A DNA stretch of 64,000 nucleotides from Cypionkella sp. (GCA_046590425.1 JBKJTI010000316.1:4618-68617), one strand, 5' to 3'; numbered from the stretch's first letter, positions 29,343 through 40,752 are shown. A program made the numbers and translations. The notes: generated by a model from the letters alone, not told the origin.

Positions 29343-30388
29343 TGCGCCCGCCCCTTGCCCACTGCATCGGCCACGTTCGCATAGCCCTCACGCTCCAACA
29401 GCACATCCAGCCCCCGCGCGATCTTTGCCGCGAGGGAAATCCCCTGATACACCATCGCCGTGTAGAACTGCACCGCCGACGCCCCGACGAGGATCTTCAC
29501 AAACGCTTCCTCCGCGCTGGCAATCCCGCCCACCCCGATCAGCGGCAGCTTGCCGTCGGTCAGCACCGAAAGCTGCGCCAACACCCGTGTAGACTTTTCA
29601 AACAAAGGCGCGCCCGAAAGCCCGCCCATCTGGCTTTTGTCTGCACTTACCAAACCTTCGCGCGACAAGGTCGTATTGGTCGCAATGATCCCTGCCACCC
29701 CCGACGCCAACGCCACTTCGGCAATCTCGGCCAGTTCATCATCCGCCAAATCCGGCGCGATCTTCAGGAAAACCGGGATCGGCTGCGCCAGTGCCGCCCG
29801 CGTTTCCATCACCCCAGCCAACAACGCAGACAAAGCCGCCCGCCCCTGCAAATCCCGCAGTTTCTCGGTATTGGGTGAACTCACATTCACCGTCGCAAAG
29901 TCCACATGCGGCCCGCAGACCGCCAGCACGCGGGCAAAATCCAGCGCCTTATCCACAGTGTCCTTATTCGCCCCAAGGTTCAGCCCTACCGGAACCGCTC
30001 CCCGCACCCTAAGCGCCAACCGCGCGCCAATCGCCTCGGCACCTTCATTGTTAAAGCCAAACCGATTGATCGCCGCTCGATCCTCGGTCAGCCGAAATAA
30101 CCGAGGCTTCACATTCCCCGGCTGTGGCCGCGGCGTCGCAGCCCCGACCTCGACAAAGCCAAACCCAGCGCGGGACAAAGGCCCCACCACAGTCGCGTTC
30201 TTGTCAAAGCCAGCCGCCAACCCCACCGGATTGGGCAAATCCAACCCCGCCACCGTGGTGCGCAACCGATCCGACGTAATCACCCCTGGCAAAGGCACCA
30301 GCCCCGCCGTCAACGCCTTCAACGACAACCCATGCGCGCGCTCGGGGTCAAACCGATGCAAAACCGCCAGTCCCAATGCCTCAATCAA
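29333..30388 (-). CDS. pyrD: Quinone-dependent dihydroorotate dehydrogenase
   Basis: [35 protein letters not shown]; TTG start overlaps the upstream stop. Confidence 0.96.
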   Translation of the reverse strand: MIEALGLAVLHRFDPERAHGLSLKALTAGLVPLPGVITSDRLRTTVAGLDLPNPVGLAAGFDKNATVVGPLSRAGFGFVEVGAATPRPQPGNVKPRLFRLTEDRAAINRFGFNNEGAEAIGARLALRVRGAVPVGLNLGANKDTVDKALDFARVLAVCGPHVDFATVNVSSPNTEKLRDLQGRAALSALLAGVMETRAALAQPIPVFLKIAPDLADDELAEIAEVALASGVAGIIATNTTLSREGLVSADKSQMGGLSGAPLFEKSTRVLAQLSVLTDGKLPLIGVGGIASAEEAFVKILVGASAVQFYTAMVYQGISLAAKIARGLDVLLEREGYANVADAVGKGRAQWL

Positions 30389-30723
30389 AACACCCCCTCC
30401 GGAAAGATATGCCCCGCCGCCCCCAAAGGCAGCGATTTGTCCCACACCACATCGGCCAGAACCAAATGCCGATAAAGATGCGGAAACAGCGCGCCGCCGC
30501 GCGACGCTTCCCATTTCAGCGCCGCCCCCAGCCGATCGGCATCGCAGGCCACCAGGACAAGATCGGACACATCGGCAAAATACTTCGCTGCCGTTTCCGC
30601 CAGCTGAAGTGCGGCCGAGAAATGCACAAAGCCATCCGCCAGATCAACGGGCGCGCCCGCCGTCTCGCCAGCCTCGCGAAAAGCGTCCCATTCGACGCGC
30701 AGGAATATCTTGTAAATCAGCAT
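30385..30723 (-). CDS. DUF952 family protein
   Basis: IYKI, DGFVHFS, LFPHLY. Confidence 0.9.
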   Translation of the reverse strand: MLIYKIFLRVEWDAFREAGETAGAPVDLADGFVHFSAALQLAETAAKYFADVSDLVLVACDADRLGAALKWEASRGGALFPHLYRHLVLADVVWDKSLPLGAAGHIFPEGVF

Positions 30724-30871
30724 GACCGCCTCATGCCCTGCGCTAAGCTTTCGGTCAAGCATCTGTCATCAGCGCGTCATTGCCAAGCGCCATCCCTCCA
30801 CAACCCGGGCTTTGACAGACTCAAGCTCAGGTTGCACTGTTCCAGTATCCAACCCCGAAATGGAGATCGCC

Positions 30872-32380
30872 ATGCCCCTGTCGCAAAGCATCCGTGCCGC
30901 GCTGTTGTCCGCCACCGCCCTGCTGCCGTTCGCCGCACAAGCCGAAACCGTGAAACTGACCCTGCTCGGCGTCGGCGATGTTTACAACTTCACCGAGGAA
31001 GATGGTCGCGGCGGCTTTGCCCGCCTGAACGCCGTAGCTAGGGCAGAGCGCGCCGCCAACCCCAACACGCTTTATCTGTTTGACGGCGATATGCTGTCAC
31101 CCTCTTTGCTGTCGGGCTTCGACAAGGGCCAGAACACCATTGATCTGACCAATATCGTGCCTTTCGACCTTGCCGTCCCCGGCAACCACGAGTTCGACTT
31201 TGGCCCCGCCAATTTTCTCGAAAAGGTCAAAGCCTCGAAATACCCATGGGCTGCGATCAACATCACCAATGCGGATGGCTCCGCGCTGCAAGGCGTCGGT
31301 GGTGTGATGGTCAAAGACATCGCAGGCCTGAAGGTCGCGCTGATCCCGGTCGCGCAAGACACCTCGCCCTCGGTCGCCTCGACTGGTGATCTGAAATTCC
31401 AACCCACCGTCGAGACCGCAATCAAAGCCGCCAAAGCCGCTCGCGAGGATGGTGCCGATATCGTCGTCGGCGTGGTGCAGACCGATATGGACAACGACCG
31501 CAAACTGTTGAAATCCCACGCTTTCGATGTAATCCTGTCAGGGGATGACCATTCCTACGCCACCGCCTACGATGGCATCACAGCCTATGTTGAAACCTCG
31601 CTCGACGGCCAATTCCTATCCCCCGTCGATCTGACCATTGCGATCGGCGAGAAAGACGGCAAGCGCACAATCAAATGGACCCCGGCCTTCCGCTTCATCG
31701 ACACCGCCACAGTGCAGCCTGATCCTGAAACCCAAGCCATGGTCGATAACCTCTCCGCGGACCTTGATGAAACCCTGAATGTCGAAATCGGCAGCACCGA
31801 AACCCCGCTTGATTCACGCCGCAACGTGGTGCGCGCCGAGGAAGCCGCGATGGGCAATCTGATCGCCGATGCCATGCGCGACGCCACAGGGGCCGATGTG
31901 GCGATCATGAACGGCGGTGGCATCCGCGCGGATCGTACCTATGACGCAGGCAGCAAACTGACCCGCCGCGACATCCTCACTGAACTGCCGTTCGGCAACG
32001 TCACCGTGCTGACTGAACTGCCCGGCAGCCAATTGCTCGGCGCTTTGGAAAACGCCGTCAGCCAAGTTGAAAAGGGCGCGGGCCGCTTTGCGCACGTCTC
32101 GGGCATCACCTTCGCCTATGACGCCTCTGCCGAACCCGGTTCCCGCGTCTCCGAGGTGATGGTGGGCGGCGCGGCGCTGAACCCCGACGCGCTCTATAAA
32201 GTCGCAGTCAACGACTTTATCCTCGGTGGCGGCGATGGCTATAGCAGCTTAGGGGGCGGTCGTCTGATCACCGACACCGGAGCGGGCAATCTCGTCGCCA
32301 CCGACGTTATGCGCTATGTCGAAAATCTCGGCACCGTAAAACCCGTGGTCGAGGGCCGCATCAAGAAGCTCGGCCAATAA
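30872..32380 (+). CDS. Periplasmic bifunctional metallophosphatase/5'-nucleotidase
   Basis: Signal peptide; FDGD, GNHEFDFG, NGGGIR, LPFGN, GGDGY. Confidence 0.92.
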   Translation: MPLSQSIRAALLSATALLPFAAQAETVKLTLLGVGDVYNFTEEDGRGGFARLNAVARAERAANPNTLYLFDGDMLSPSLLSGFDKGQNTIDLTNIVPFDLAVPGNHEFDFGPANFLEKVKASKYPWAAINITNADGSALQGVGGVMVKDIAGLKVALIPVAQDTSPSVASTGDLKFQPTVETAIKAAKAAREDGADIVVGVVQTDMDNDRKLLKSHAFDVILSGDDHSYATAYDGITAYVETSLDGQFLSPVDLTIAIGEKDGKRTIKWTPAFRFIDTATVQPDPETQAMVDNLSADLDETLNVEIGSTETPLDSRRNVVRAEEAAMGNLIADAMRDATGADVAIMNGGGIRADRTYDAGSKLTRRDILTELPFGNVTVLTELPGSQLLGALENAVSQVEKGAGRFAHVSGITFAYDASAEPGSRVSEVMVGGAALNPDALYKVAVNDFILGGGDGYSSLGGGRLITDTGAGNLVATDVMRYVENLGTVKPVVEGRIKKLGQ

Positions 32381-32425
32381 GGCCACGACCAAAACATCAC
32401 GAAAGCGTGATCCCTGCAGGGCGGC

Positions 32426-32452
32426 TGAAACTTCCAAGCCCGCCGCCCCGTT
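32426..32452 (+). promoter_or_regulatory. Putative ECF-sigma promoter
   Basis: TGAAAC-N17-CGTT upstream of the fasciclin gene. Confidence 0.45.
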
Positions 32453-32501
32453 TCCCTTGCATACGGCGGGAATAAACCAGCCGATTGAAAGGGAAGCCGC
32501 C

Positions 32502-33044
32502 ATGAAAACCTCTGCTCTCGTCCTTGCCTTCGCGTTGATCACTGGCCCCGCACTCGCCGAAAACCCGATGGTCGGCGGTGCTGCGATGTATGAAAACAAG
32601 AATATTGTTGAGAATGCGGTGAACTCGAAAGACCACACCACGCTCGTCGCCGCTGTGAAAGCCGCGGGTCTGGTCGATGCTTTGCAAGGGGCTGGCCCCT
32701 TCACCGTCTTCGCCCCGGTCAATGACGCCTTTGCAGCACTTCCCGCTGGCACCGTTGACACGCTGCTGAAGCCCGAAAACAAAGACATGCTGACGAAAAT
32801 CCTGACCGCGCATGTCGTCGCCGGCAAATTCACCACCGCGCAAATGGCCAAGAAAGCCAAAGCGTCGAAAGACGGCTATTTCAACATGACCACGCTCTCG
32901 GGCGATCATCTGTCGGCCAAGATGAAAGGCGGCAGCCTTTATATCTACGACGAATCCGGCAAGGCAGGCAAAGTCACCATTTCCGACGTTGAACAGTCGA
33001 ATGGTGTGATCCAAGTCGTGAACAAAGTTTTGCTGCCAAAGTAA
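32502..33044 (+). CDS. Fasciclin (FAS1) domain protein
   Basis: Signal peptide; NPMVGGA, GPFTVFAPVNDAF, SNGVIQVVNKVLLP. Confidence 0.93.
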   Translation: MKTSALVLAFALITGPALAENPMVGGAAMYENKNIVENAVNSKDHTTLVAAVKAAGLVDALQGAGPFTVFAPVNDAFAALPAGTVDTLLKPENKDMLTKILTAHVVAGKFTTAQMAKKAKASKDGYFNMTTLSGDHLSAKMKGGSLYIYDESGKAGKVTISDVEQSNGVIQVVNKVLLPK

Positions 33045-33286
33045 CCAGTGTGTGAACGTCACGAGTATTAGGCCAGCACTCAAGCCCTCCCGTGCTGGCC
33101 TTATGGCGCGATCTGCTCCTAGTGCAGGTCGCGCCTTTTTCCATAAAAAATCCGCCCTGAAGTCCGCATCCCAGCGGAGACAAGCAGCCTCTGGCCGCGC
33201 AGGCGACCTAACATAATGCAGCCCTTGACGCTCAATTTGAAAACCGCCGGCAGGCAGGTCAAGTTGACAAGATCAGCCGAGCCAAC

Positions 33287-33703
33287 TCACGCCCGCTTCA
33301 ACCGGATCACCACATCGACCCGGCTCACCGCCATGCCCTCTGGTGCCTCTGGCAGCCCCGCAATCACCAACTCCTCCGCAGGCGCGTCGGTCAAAGCGTG
33401 GCTGTCTTCCCAGTAGAAATGCGGATGATCGTCCAACCGCGTGTCAAAATAACTCCGCGCGCCGTCTACCACGACCTCGTTCAGCAACCCCGCCTCACAA
33501 AACGCCCTGAGCGTGTTGTAGACCGTCGCCAAACTCACCTTCGCACCCGAGACCCCGACCGCCGCATACAAGCTTTCCGCCGTGACATGCCGGTTCATGC
33601 CGTCGCCAACCAACAGCCCCGCCAAAGCCAGCCGCTGCCGCGTCGGGCGCAATCCGCCCCGTGCAAGCCATGTCGTGCTGCGTTGTTGTTCGCTGTAACT
33701 CAT
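33287..33703 (-). CDS. irrA: Iron response regulator (Fur family)
   Basis: [30 protein letters not shown]; divergent from fabA. Confidence 0.9.
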   Translation of the reverse strand: MSYSEQQRSTTWLARGGLRPTRQRLALAGLLVGDGMNRHVTAESLYAAVGVSGAKVSLATVYNTLRAFCEAGLLNEVVVDGARSYFDTRLDDHPHFYWEDSHALTDAPAEELVIAGLPEAPEGMAVSRVDVVIRLKRA

Positions 33704-33897
33704 TCGCCACTTTCCAAGCCGGGGCCCAACCCGGCGCCTCTTTTCCCTATATAGAGTGTAAAACCCGTGCTTTTCAAACGAAAACCCCAAACGCGCCGCG
33801 CCAACCCCGCCGCCCCACACTTGTTCGCCTTCCCGCTGGGTGTTACATGGGGAAAACGGCCAACCACAAAGAACAGCCACGGGGGGATTTCGAGGGC

Positions 33898-34407
33898 ATG
33901 AGCGGTTTTCCAACTTCGTTCGACAAAGACGACCTGCTGAAATGTGCGCGCGGCGAGCTGTTCGGCCCCGGCAACGCGCAACTGCCCGCGCCGCCGATGC
34001 TGATGATGGACCGGATCACCGACATCTCCGGCGATCGCGGCGAACATGGCAAGGGCCATGTCGTTGCCGAATTCGACATCACCCCCGATCTGTGGTTTTT
34101 CGACTGCCACTTTCCCGGCAACCCGATCATGCCCGGCTGCCTTGGCCTTGATGGTCTCTGGCAGCTGACCGGCTTCAACCTCGGCTGGCGCGGCTGGCAG
34201 GGGCGCGGCTATGCGCTTGGTGTCGGCGAAGTTAAGCTGACCGGCATGGTGCGTCCTGACCGCAAGCGCCTGACCTATTATGTTGATTTCACCAAAGCCA
34301 TCCAGACCCGCCGCCTGACCATGGGCGTCGCGGACGGTCGGGTCGAGGCCGATGGCGAAACCATCTACCTCGTCAAAGATATGAAAGTTGCCCTGTCGGA
34401 GAATTAA
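33898..34407 (+). CDS. fabA: 3-hydroxyacyl-ACP dehydratase/isomerase FabA
   Basis: [32 protein letters not shown]. Confidence 0.97.
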   Translation: MSGFPTSFDKDDLLKCARGELFGPGNAQLPAPPMLMMDRITDISGDRGEHGKGHVVAEFDITPDLWFFDCHFPGNPIMPGCLGLDGLWQLTGFNLGWRGWQGRGYALGVGEVKLTGMVRPDRKRLTYYVDFTKAIQTRRLTMGVADGRVEADGETIYLVKDMKVALSEN

Positions 34408-34501
34408 TCCGGCAAATTAGACCTGTCAGAGAAATGATCTGACAAAATTGGCGTGTCGGATCAGCTCTCCGACACCGCTTACGACACAAAAGGAGACAGC
34501 C

Positions 34502-35731
34502 ATGCGTCGCGTCGTCATTACCGGGATCGGCATCATTTCCCCGATCGGCAACAACGCCACTGAGGTCGAAGCCTCTCTGCGCGCGGGCAAATCCGGCATC
34601 GTCTTCGCCCCGGAATATGCCGAGCATGGCTTCCGCAGTCAGGTCCACGGCATGCCGCAGATCGACCTTGCCGCGCATATCGACAAACGCGACATGCGCT
34701 TCATGGGTCCGGGGGCAGCCTATAACTTCCTCGCCATGCAACAAGCCATCGCGGATTCCGGGCTAGAGCCAAGCGATGTGTCCAACGAACGCTCCGGCCT
34801 GATCATGGGCTCGGGCGGCCCGTCGACCTCAAACTTCTTCCTCGCCTTTGATGCGGTGATCAACAAGGGCGCGCCGAAGAAAATGGGCCCGTTCATGGTC
34901 ACCCGCTGCATGTCCTCGACCAACTCCGCCTGCCTCGCCACGCCGTTCAAGATCAAGGGCGTGAACTATTCGATCACCTCTGCCTGCTCGACTTCCGCCC
35001 ATTGCATCGGCAATGGCGTGGAACTCATTCAGATGGGCAAGCAAGACGTGGTCTTCGCAGGCGGCGGCGAAGAACTCGACTGGACGCTGTCTTGCCTGTT
35101 CGACGCGATGGGCGCGATGAGCAGCAAATACAACGACACCCCCGAAACCGCCTCGCGCACCTATGACGCCACCCGCGATGGTTTCGTCATCGCAGGCGGC
35201 GGCGGCGTTGTGGTGCTGGAAGAACTCTCGCACGCCCTCGCCCGTGGTGCGAAAATCTACGGCGAAGTCACCGGCTACGGTGCCACCTCGGATGGCTACG
35301 ACATGGTTGCCCCGTCCGGCGAAGGCGGCGAACGCTCGATGAAACTCGCCGTCGCCACCCTGCCCGAAGGCCGCTCGGTCGATTACATCAACTCGCACGG
35401 CACTTCGACCGTGGTGGGTGACATCACCGAAATGGACGCCATCCGCCGCGTTTTCGGCAAAGGCACCACTCCGCCCGTTGCCTCGACCAAATCGCTGACA
35501 GGCCACTCGCTTGGCGCAACCGGCGTCCACGAAGCCATCTACAGCCTCTTGATGATGAACGGCGATTTCATCGCCGCCTCCGCCAACATCACCACGCTGG
35601 ACCCGGCACTCGACCCATCCGAAATCGTCACCACCCTGCGCGAAAACGTCAAACTCGACTCCGTCCTGTCGAACTCTTTCGGCTTCGGCGGCACCAACGC
35701 GACCCTGCTGATGAGCAAATATCTGGCCTAA
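34502..35731 (+). CDS. fabB: Beta-ketoacyl-ACP synthase I
   Basis: [36 protein letters not shown]. Confidence 0.96.
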   Translation: MRRVVITGIGIISPIGNNATEVEASLRAGKSGIVFAPEYAEHGFRSQVHGMPQIDLAAHIDKRDMRFMGPGAAYNFLAMQQAIADSGLEPSDVSNERSGLIMGSGGPSTSNFFLAFDAVINKGAPKKMGPFMVTRCMSSTNSACLATPFKIKGVNYSITSACSTSAHCIGNGVELIQMGKQDVVFAGGGEELDWTLSCLFDAMGAMSSKYNDTPETASRTYDATRDGFVIAGGGGVVVLEELSHALARGAKIYGEVTGYGATSDGYDMVAPSGEGGERSMKLAVATLPEGRSVDYINSHGTSTVVGDITEMDAIRRVFGKGTTPPVASTKSLTGHSLGATGVHEAIYSLLMMNGDFIAASANITTLDPALDPSEIVTTLRENVKLDSVLSNSFGFGGTNATLLMSKYLA

Positions 35732-35757
35732 TCCGCCACTAAAACGGGAGTGCCAGT

Positions 35758-36546
35758 ATGGCTGATCTGATGAAGGGCAAGCGCGGGCTTGTCATGGGCG
35801 TGGCGAACGAACGTTCCATCGCCTGGGGCATCGCCAAAGCGCTGGCCGCTGAGGGGGCTGAGCTGGCATTTTCCTACCAAGGCGACGCGTTCGGCAAACG
35901 CCTCGCCCCCCTCGCTGCCACGGTTGGCAGCGATGTGATGGTCGATGTCGATGTAACCAACGACGCATCGCTCGACACCTGCTTCGCCACCCTGAAAGAC
36001 ACCTGGGGCACGATGGATTTCCTGATCCACGCCATCGCCTTCTCGGATAAAAACGAACTCACCGGGCGGTTCATCAACACCAGCCGCGAGAATTTCAAAA
36101 ACTCGCTCTGCATCTCGTGCTTTTCCTTCATCGACGTCGCCCGCCGCGCCTCGGAACTGATGCCCGACGGCGGCAGCCTGATCACCCTGACCTATGGCGG
36201 CTCTAATCGTGTCACGCCGAATTACAACGTGATGGGCGTCGCCAAAGCCGCGCTGGAATCCGCCACCCGCTACCTTGCAAACGACCTTGGCCCGCAGCAA
36301 ATCCGCGTCAACGCGATCAGCCCCGGCCCGATGAAAACCCTTGCAGGCGCTGCGATTGGCGGTGCGCGCGCCACCTTCCGCCATACCGAGGCCAATGCGC
36401 CCATGCGCTCCAACGCCACGCTGGAAGCCATCGGCGGCACCGCCGTCTACCTTTGCTCCGACTTCGGCGCCTGCACCAGTGGAGAGATCATCCACGTCGA
36501 CAGCGGCTATCACGTGCTGGGCATGCCGCAGCAGGAAAACCTGTAA
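35758..36546 (+). CDS. fabI: Enoyl-ACP reductase
   Basis: GVANERSIAWGI, YNVMGVAKAALE, ISPGP. Confidence 0.95.
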   Translation: MADLMKGKRGLVMGVANERSIAWGIAKALAAEGAELAFSYQGDAFGKRLAPLAATVGSDVMVDVDVTNDASLDTCFATLKDTWGTMDFLIHAIAFSDKNELTGRFINTSRENFKNSLCISCFSFIDVARRASELMPDGGSLITLTYGGSNRVTPNYNVMGVAKAALESATRYLANDLGPQQIRVNAISPGPMKTLAGAAIGGARATFRHTEANAPMRSNATLEAIGGTAVYLCSDFGACTSGEIIHVDSGYHVLGMPQQENL

Positions 36547-36552
36547 ACTCAG

Positions 36553-37232
36553 GTGCTTGCCCTAACCCTCTCCCTCGGCCTGATCGCAGTCACAGGCCTT
36601 GCCCTGCGTGGCGGTTTCGCGGGGGCGGGCTGGAACCGCGTCGGCTTTGACGTCAACGCCGCAGGCCTCTCCGCCGTGGCCGTCGTCGCCGCGATCTGGT
36701 TTTTCGGCTGGCAGTATGGGCTGGCCTTCATCGCAGCCATCATGATCCACGAAATCGGCCATGTCGCCGCCTTCCGCGTCTGCGGCCACCGCGATGCCAA
36801 ATTTCGGCTGATCCCATTGTTCGGCGGCGTCGCCGTCTCGCGCAGTCTGCCCAACAGCCATGACAAAGACCTGTTCATCAGCCTGATGGGCCCCGCGATC
36901 TGCCTCGGCCCGATGGCAACCTGCTGCCGTTCTGGCCCTTGGACGGCGGCAAGATCGTACGGCTGCTGACCTACACCTTCTTCCCCAAAGCCACCCGCGC
37001 GGTGTCGATCATCATGTCAGCCGCCGCCGCCGCCCTCTGCGTGGCGACAGGGTCCTATATCCTGCTGTTCTTCGTGCTGCTGGGCTGGCAAGGGCTTATC
37101 CAGTCCGAACAATTGATCGAGACCCAACGCCCGATGCCCAAATCCACCGCATGGTTGGCGCTGGCCGCCTATTTCTGCACCGCAGGCGCTTTATATCTGG
37201 GCGCTGCGCAGTTCGTGCAAAGCTTGTTTTAG
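36553..37232 (+). pseudogene. Site-2 protease (M50) family gene, frameshifted with probable internal deletion
   Basis: HEIGH and ISLMGP in one frame; NLLPFWPLDGG begins at 36918 in another frame. Confidence 0.8.
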
Positions 37233-37503
37233 CCAAAGCGAAACCGGATTTTGAAGTAAAAATCTGCGCAAATTTCTGAAGCGAAATTTGGTGTCCGTGT
37301 CATGCGCTCCGATTATCCGCAAAACAGGGCCGCGCACGCCGTCGCCAGGACGCACCAACGCCAATTCTAGGCACTTTATGCGTAAGCCTCCCACCGAATT
37401 TCTGCTGGCACCGATGCAATCGCGCCGTCCCGGGGGAAGGGAGAGCGCGGCGCGGCGCGCTTCGCCCCTGTTCCCGGGCAAGAGCAGCGACCGGGTTGGA
37501 ATC

Positions 37504-37576
37504 GTTAATTCTTCCTTAAAATCAAAGGGTCAACCCCTTGAAATCAAGCAAAATAAAAAGGTCCCGAGTTGGGACC
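37504..37576. repeat. CtrA box / IHF-like site / hairpin module, copy B
   Basis: GTTAA-TTCTTCC-TTAA; CAACCCCTTGAAA at 37531; GGTCCCGAGTTGGGACC at 37560. Confidence 0.7.
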
Positions 37577-37597
37577 TTCAATTCTTGACCATATATT

Positions 37598-37671
37598 TGG
37601 AGCGGGCGGCGGGAATCGAACCCGCGTCTTTAGCTTGGAAGGCTAAGGTCTTACCATTACACAACGCCCGC
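37598..37671 (-). tRNA. tRNA-Gly (anticodon TCC)
   Basis: 74 nt GCGGGCG...CGCCCGCTCCA; anticodon arm TTAGC-CTTCCAA-GCTAA; GGTTCGATT T-loop; CCA encoded. Confidence 0.97.
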
Positions 37672-37711
37672 GCTGCTGCCTTCTAGCACCGCTGGAAGGC
37701 AGGCTCAACCC

Positions 37712-39988
37712 TCACCCACATTTAGAATGTCCGCAATCATTGCAGGTCATGCAGCCCTCTTTCATCTGCAACGCATAAGATCCGCAAGACGGGCAAGCCT
37801 TGCCACGCGGAGCCTCACCGACCGCCATCACCTGCATCTGCGGGTCAGTTTTCAGCCCCATCCCCTCACCCTCGATAAAGCCAATCGAGACCAGATGCCG
37901 CTCAATCACCCCACCAATCGCCGCCAGAATAGACGGAATATACCGCCCCTCCATCCAGGCCCCGCCGCGCGGATCGAACACGGCTTTCAATTCCTCGACC
38001 ACGAAGGAAATATCCCCACCGCGCCGGAACACAGCCGAGATCATCCGCGTCAGTGCCACGGTCCAGGCGAAATGCTCCATGTTTTTCGAGTTGATGAACA
38101 CCTCAAACGGGCGGCGGTGGCCTGCGATGATGATGTCATTGATGGTGATATAAAGCGCGTGCTCGGACCCCGGCCATTTCACCTTATAGGTCTGGCCTTC
38201 GAGCGCCGCCGGACGGTCCAGCGGGTCGGTCAGATACACCACCTCGCCCCCCGCGACCATCGCAGGCGCTTCGGCTGGCACCTTATCCGTGCTTTCCGAA
38301 ACCGTCAGAACCGACCCCGTCACCGCATTGGGCCGGTAAGTGGTGCAGCCCTTACAGCCCTGATCCCAAGCGGCCATATAGACCTCTTTGAACGCCTCAA
38401 AGCTGATATCTTCCGGGCAGTTGATCGTCTTGGAAATGCTGCTGTCGATCCACTTCTGCGCCGCCGCCTGCATCCGCACATGATCCAGCGGCGGCAAAGT
38501 CTGCGCATTGACAAAGTAATCCGGCAACGCCGCATCGCCCTTCAACTCACGCCACAGCCGCACCGCGTAATCGACAACTTCTTCCTCGGTCCGCGAGCCG
38601 TCCTTTTGCAGAACCTTACGGGTGTATGCATAAGCAAACACCGGCTCAATCCCGCTCGACACATTCCCCGCATACAAGGAAATCGTCCCCGTCGGCGCAA
38701 TCGACGTCAACAGCGCATTGCGAATCCCATGCGTGCGGATCGCCTCGCGCACGTCATCATCCATCTGCATCATATTGCCCGACGCGAGATAGCCTTCCGC
38801 CTCAAACAGCGGAAACGCGCCCTTTTCCTTCGCAAGATCGACGGAAGCCAGATACGAGGCCCGCGCAATCGCATGCATCCAATCCTCAGTCTGCTTTGCC
38901 GCCTCAACCGAGCCATAGCGCAAGCCGACCATCAGCAACGCATCCGCCAACCCAGTCACGCCCAGCCCAATCCGCCGCTTCGCCTTCGCCTCAGCCTGCT
39001 GCTCTGGCAACGGGAAGCGCGAGGCGTCAACCACATTGTCCATCATCCGCACGGCAAGCCGCACCAGATCATCCAGCGCCGCCAGATCCAGCTTGGCGCC
39101 CTTGGTAAACGCCCCCGCCACCAGCGTCGGCATGTTGATCGAGCCCAGCAGACACGCGCCATAAGGCGGCAAAGGCTGCTCGCCGCAAGGGTTGGTCGCG
39201 GCAATCGTCTCGCAATAACCAAGGTTATTAGCCTTGTTGATCCGGTCGATGAAAATCACACCGGGTTCGGCAAAATCATAGGTGTTGCGCATGATCTTGT
39301 TCCACAGATCGCGCGCTTGCAGGGTGCGGTAAACGCGGCCCTGAAACACCAGATCCCAAGCGCCATCCGCCTTGACCGCGTCCATGAACGGATCGGTGAT
39401 CAGCACCGACAGGTTGAACATCCGCAGCCGGGCGGCATCCTTCTTCGCCTCGATGAACGCTTCCACATCCGGGTGATCGCAACGCATCGTCGCCATCATC
39501 GCCCCACGACGCGAGCCCGCCGACATGATGGTGCGGCACATCGCATCCCACACATCCATAAAGCTCAATGGCCCCGAGGCATCCGCCGCCACGCCCTTCA
39601 CCTCAGCGCCACGCGGGCGGATGGTGGAAAAATCATACCCAATGCCGCCGCCCTGCTGCATCGTCAGCGCGGCCTCTTTCAACGCATCGAAAATCCCGCC
39701 CATGCTGTCCGGCACGGTGCCCATGACAAAACAGTTGAACATGGTGACGTTGCGCCCGGTGCCCGCGCCCGCGGTGATCCGGCCTGCGGGCAGATACTTG
39801 AAGCCTTCCAGCGCATTATAGAAGCGCTCCTCCCACACCGCAGGCTCCGCCTCGACCTCAGCCAAAGCCCGCGCGATTCGCCGCCAGCTGTCCTCGACCG
39901 AACCATCAATCGGCGTGCCATCCTGCGCCTTCAGGCGGTATTTCATGTCCCAGATTTGTTCGGCAATAGGGGCGGAGAAGCGGGACAT
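37712..39988 (-). CDS. nrdJ: Adenosylcobalamin-dependent (class II) ribonucleotide reductase
   Basis: FNCFV, TNPCGEQ, IAPTGT, C-terminal TSCPD-like and CxxC region. Confidence 0.95.
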   Translation of the reverse strand: MSRFSAPIAEQIWDMKYRLKAQDGTPIDGSVEDSWRRIARALAEVEAEPAVWEERFYNALEGFKYLPAGRITAGAGTGRNVTMFNCFVMGTVPDSMGGIFDALKEAALTMQQGGGIGYDFSTIRPRGAEVKGVAADASGPLSFMDVWDAMCRTIMSAGSRRGAMMATMRCDHPDVEAFIEAKKDAARLRMFNLSVLITDPFMDAVKADGAWDLVFQGRVYRTLQARDLWNKIMRNTYDFAEPGVIFIDRINKANNLGYCETIAATNPCGEQPLPPYGACLLGSINMPTLVAGAFTKGAKLDLAALDDLVRLAVRMMDNVVDASRFPLPEQQAEAKAKRRIGLGVTGLADALLMVGLRYGSVEAAKQTEDWMHAIARASYLASVDLAKEKGAFPLFEAEGYLASGNMMQMDDDVREAIRTHGIRNALLTSIAPTGTISLYAGNVSSGIEPVFAYAYTRKVLQKDGSRTEEEVVDYAVRLWRELKGDAALPDYFVNAQTLPPLDHVRMQAAAQKWIDSSISKTINCPEDISFEAFKEVYMAAWDQGCKGCTTYRPNAVTGSVLTVSESTDKVPAEAPAMVAGGEVVYLTDPLDRPAALEGQTYKVKWPGSEHALYITINDIIIAGHRRPFEVFINSKNMEHFAWTVALTRMISAVFRRGGDISFVVEELKAVFDPRGGAWMEGRYIPSILAAIGGVIERHLVSIGFIEGEGMGLKTDPQMQVMAVGEAPRGKACPSCGSYALQMKEGCMTCNDCGHSKCG

Positions 39989-40210
39989 TCAGTGGACTTC
40001 CTTCAAGTTTTGAAAATGAAAACAAGCGTGGAGGTGGGGCTTGAAACCCACAACCTTCTCACCGTAGGATGCCGATGCTGGCTGCACCGATATGCCACTA
40101 GAAAGTGAGTGCTCGTCCATCGAGCTGCTCCACGCCTCTCCCTTTGATGCTCTAACATCCAAGGGAGAGGCCAAGATAGCTTCAACCTGCTGTGCGAGCA
40201 AGCCTTGAAC

Positions 40211-40226
40211 CTACCAGATTTCGGGA
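40211..40226. promoter_or_regulatory. Putative NrdR box
   Basis: ctaCcAgATtTcGgga fits the core of acaCwAtATaTwGtgt; a weaker site lies 31 bp away at 40180. Confidence 0.4.
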
Positions 40227-40329
40227 TACCATGCACGATCAATCACAGTGCTGTATAGACCGCCCAGCGCCGAGTCGCGCAGTCAGCCTTACAATCTGCC
40301 GCACGGTGCAAGGTCAGGAAACAGGACGC

Positions 40330-40752
40330 ATGCTCAACATCCTAAAACTCAGCGTCGGGACGGAATCGGTCGATGACCTCACCCAATGGCACCGCGCCCA
40401 TGCGCATGTCTGGGCCCCCGGCACCACCGAACATGTCACAAGGATGTGGCCGAAGCGCGAAGATGAAATTCTGAACGGCGGCTCATTGTACTGGGTGATC
40501 AAAGGCGTGATCCAAGCCCGCCAGCGCCTTGTCGGCCTTGCCGAACGCCGCGGCCAGGATGGTATCCTGCGCTGCGCGCTTGTGCTCGACGCGGAAGTCA
40601 TCCGCACCGAAAATGCCCTGCGCCGCCCGTTCCAAGGCTGGCGCTACCTCGACCCCGCCGAATCACCACGCGACCTGCCTAAGACACGCGCGCAGGACGA
40701 CACACTCCCCCCGGCCCTTGCCGCAGCGCTTGCAGAAATCGGTCTGCGCTAA
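40330..40752 (+). CDS. DUF1489 family protein
   Basis: LKLSVG, TRMWPKR, GGSLYWVIKG, RPFQGWRYL. Confidence 0.92.
   Translation: MLNILKLSVGTESVDDLTQWHRAHAHVWAPGTTEHVTRMWPKREDEILNGGSLYWVIKGVIQARQRLVGLAERRGQDGILRCALVLDAEVIRTENALRRPFQGWRYLDPAESPRDLPKTRAQDDTLPPALAAALAEIGLR

Noticed and set aside
37288-37686. 132-aa ORF overlapping tRNA-Gly
   Set aside because: Runs through repeats and antisense to the tRNA; no coding features
37727-40108. 793-aa ORF antisense to nrdJ, and similar long antisense ORFs over priA, ileS, trpB, xdhB and BMP
   Set aside because: Shadow frames expected from high GC and codon bias; no recognisable motifs
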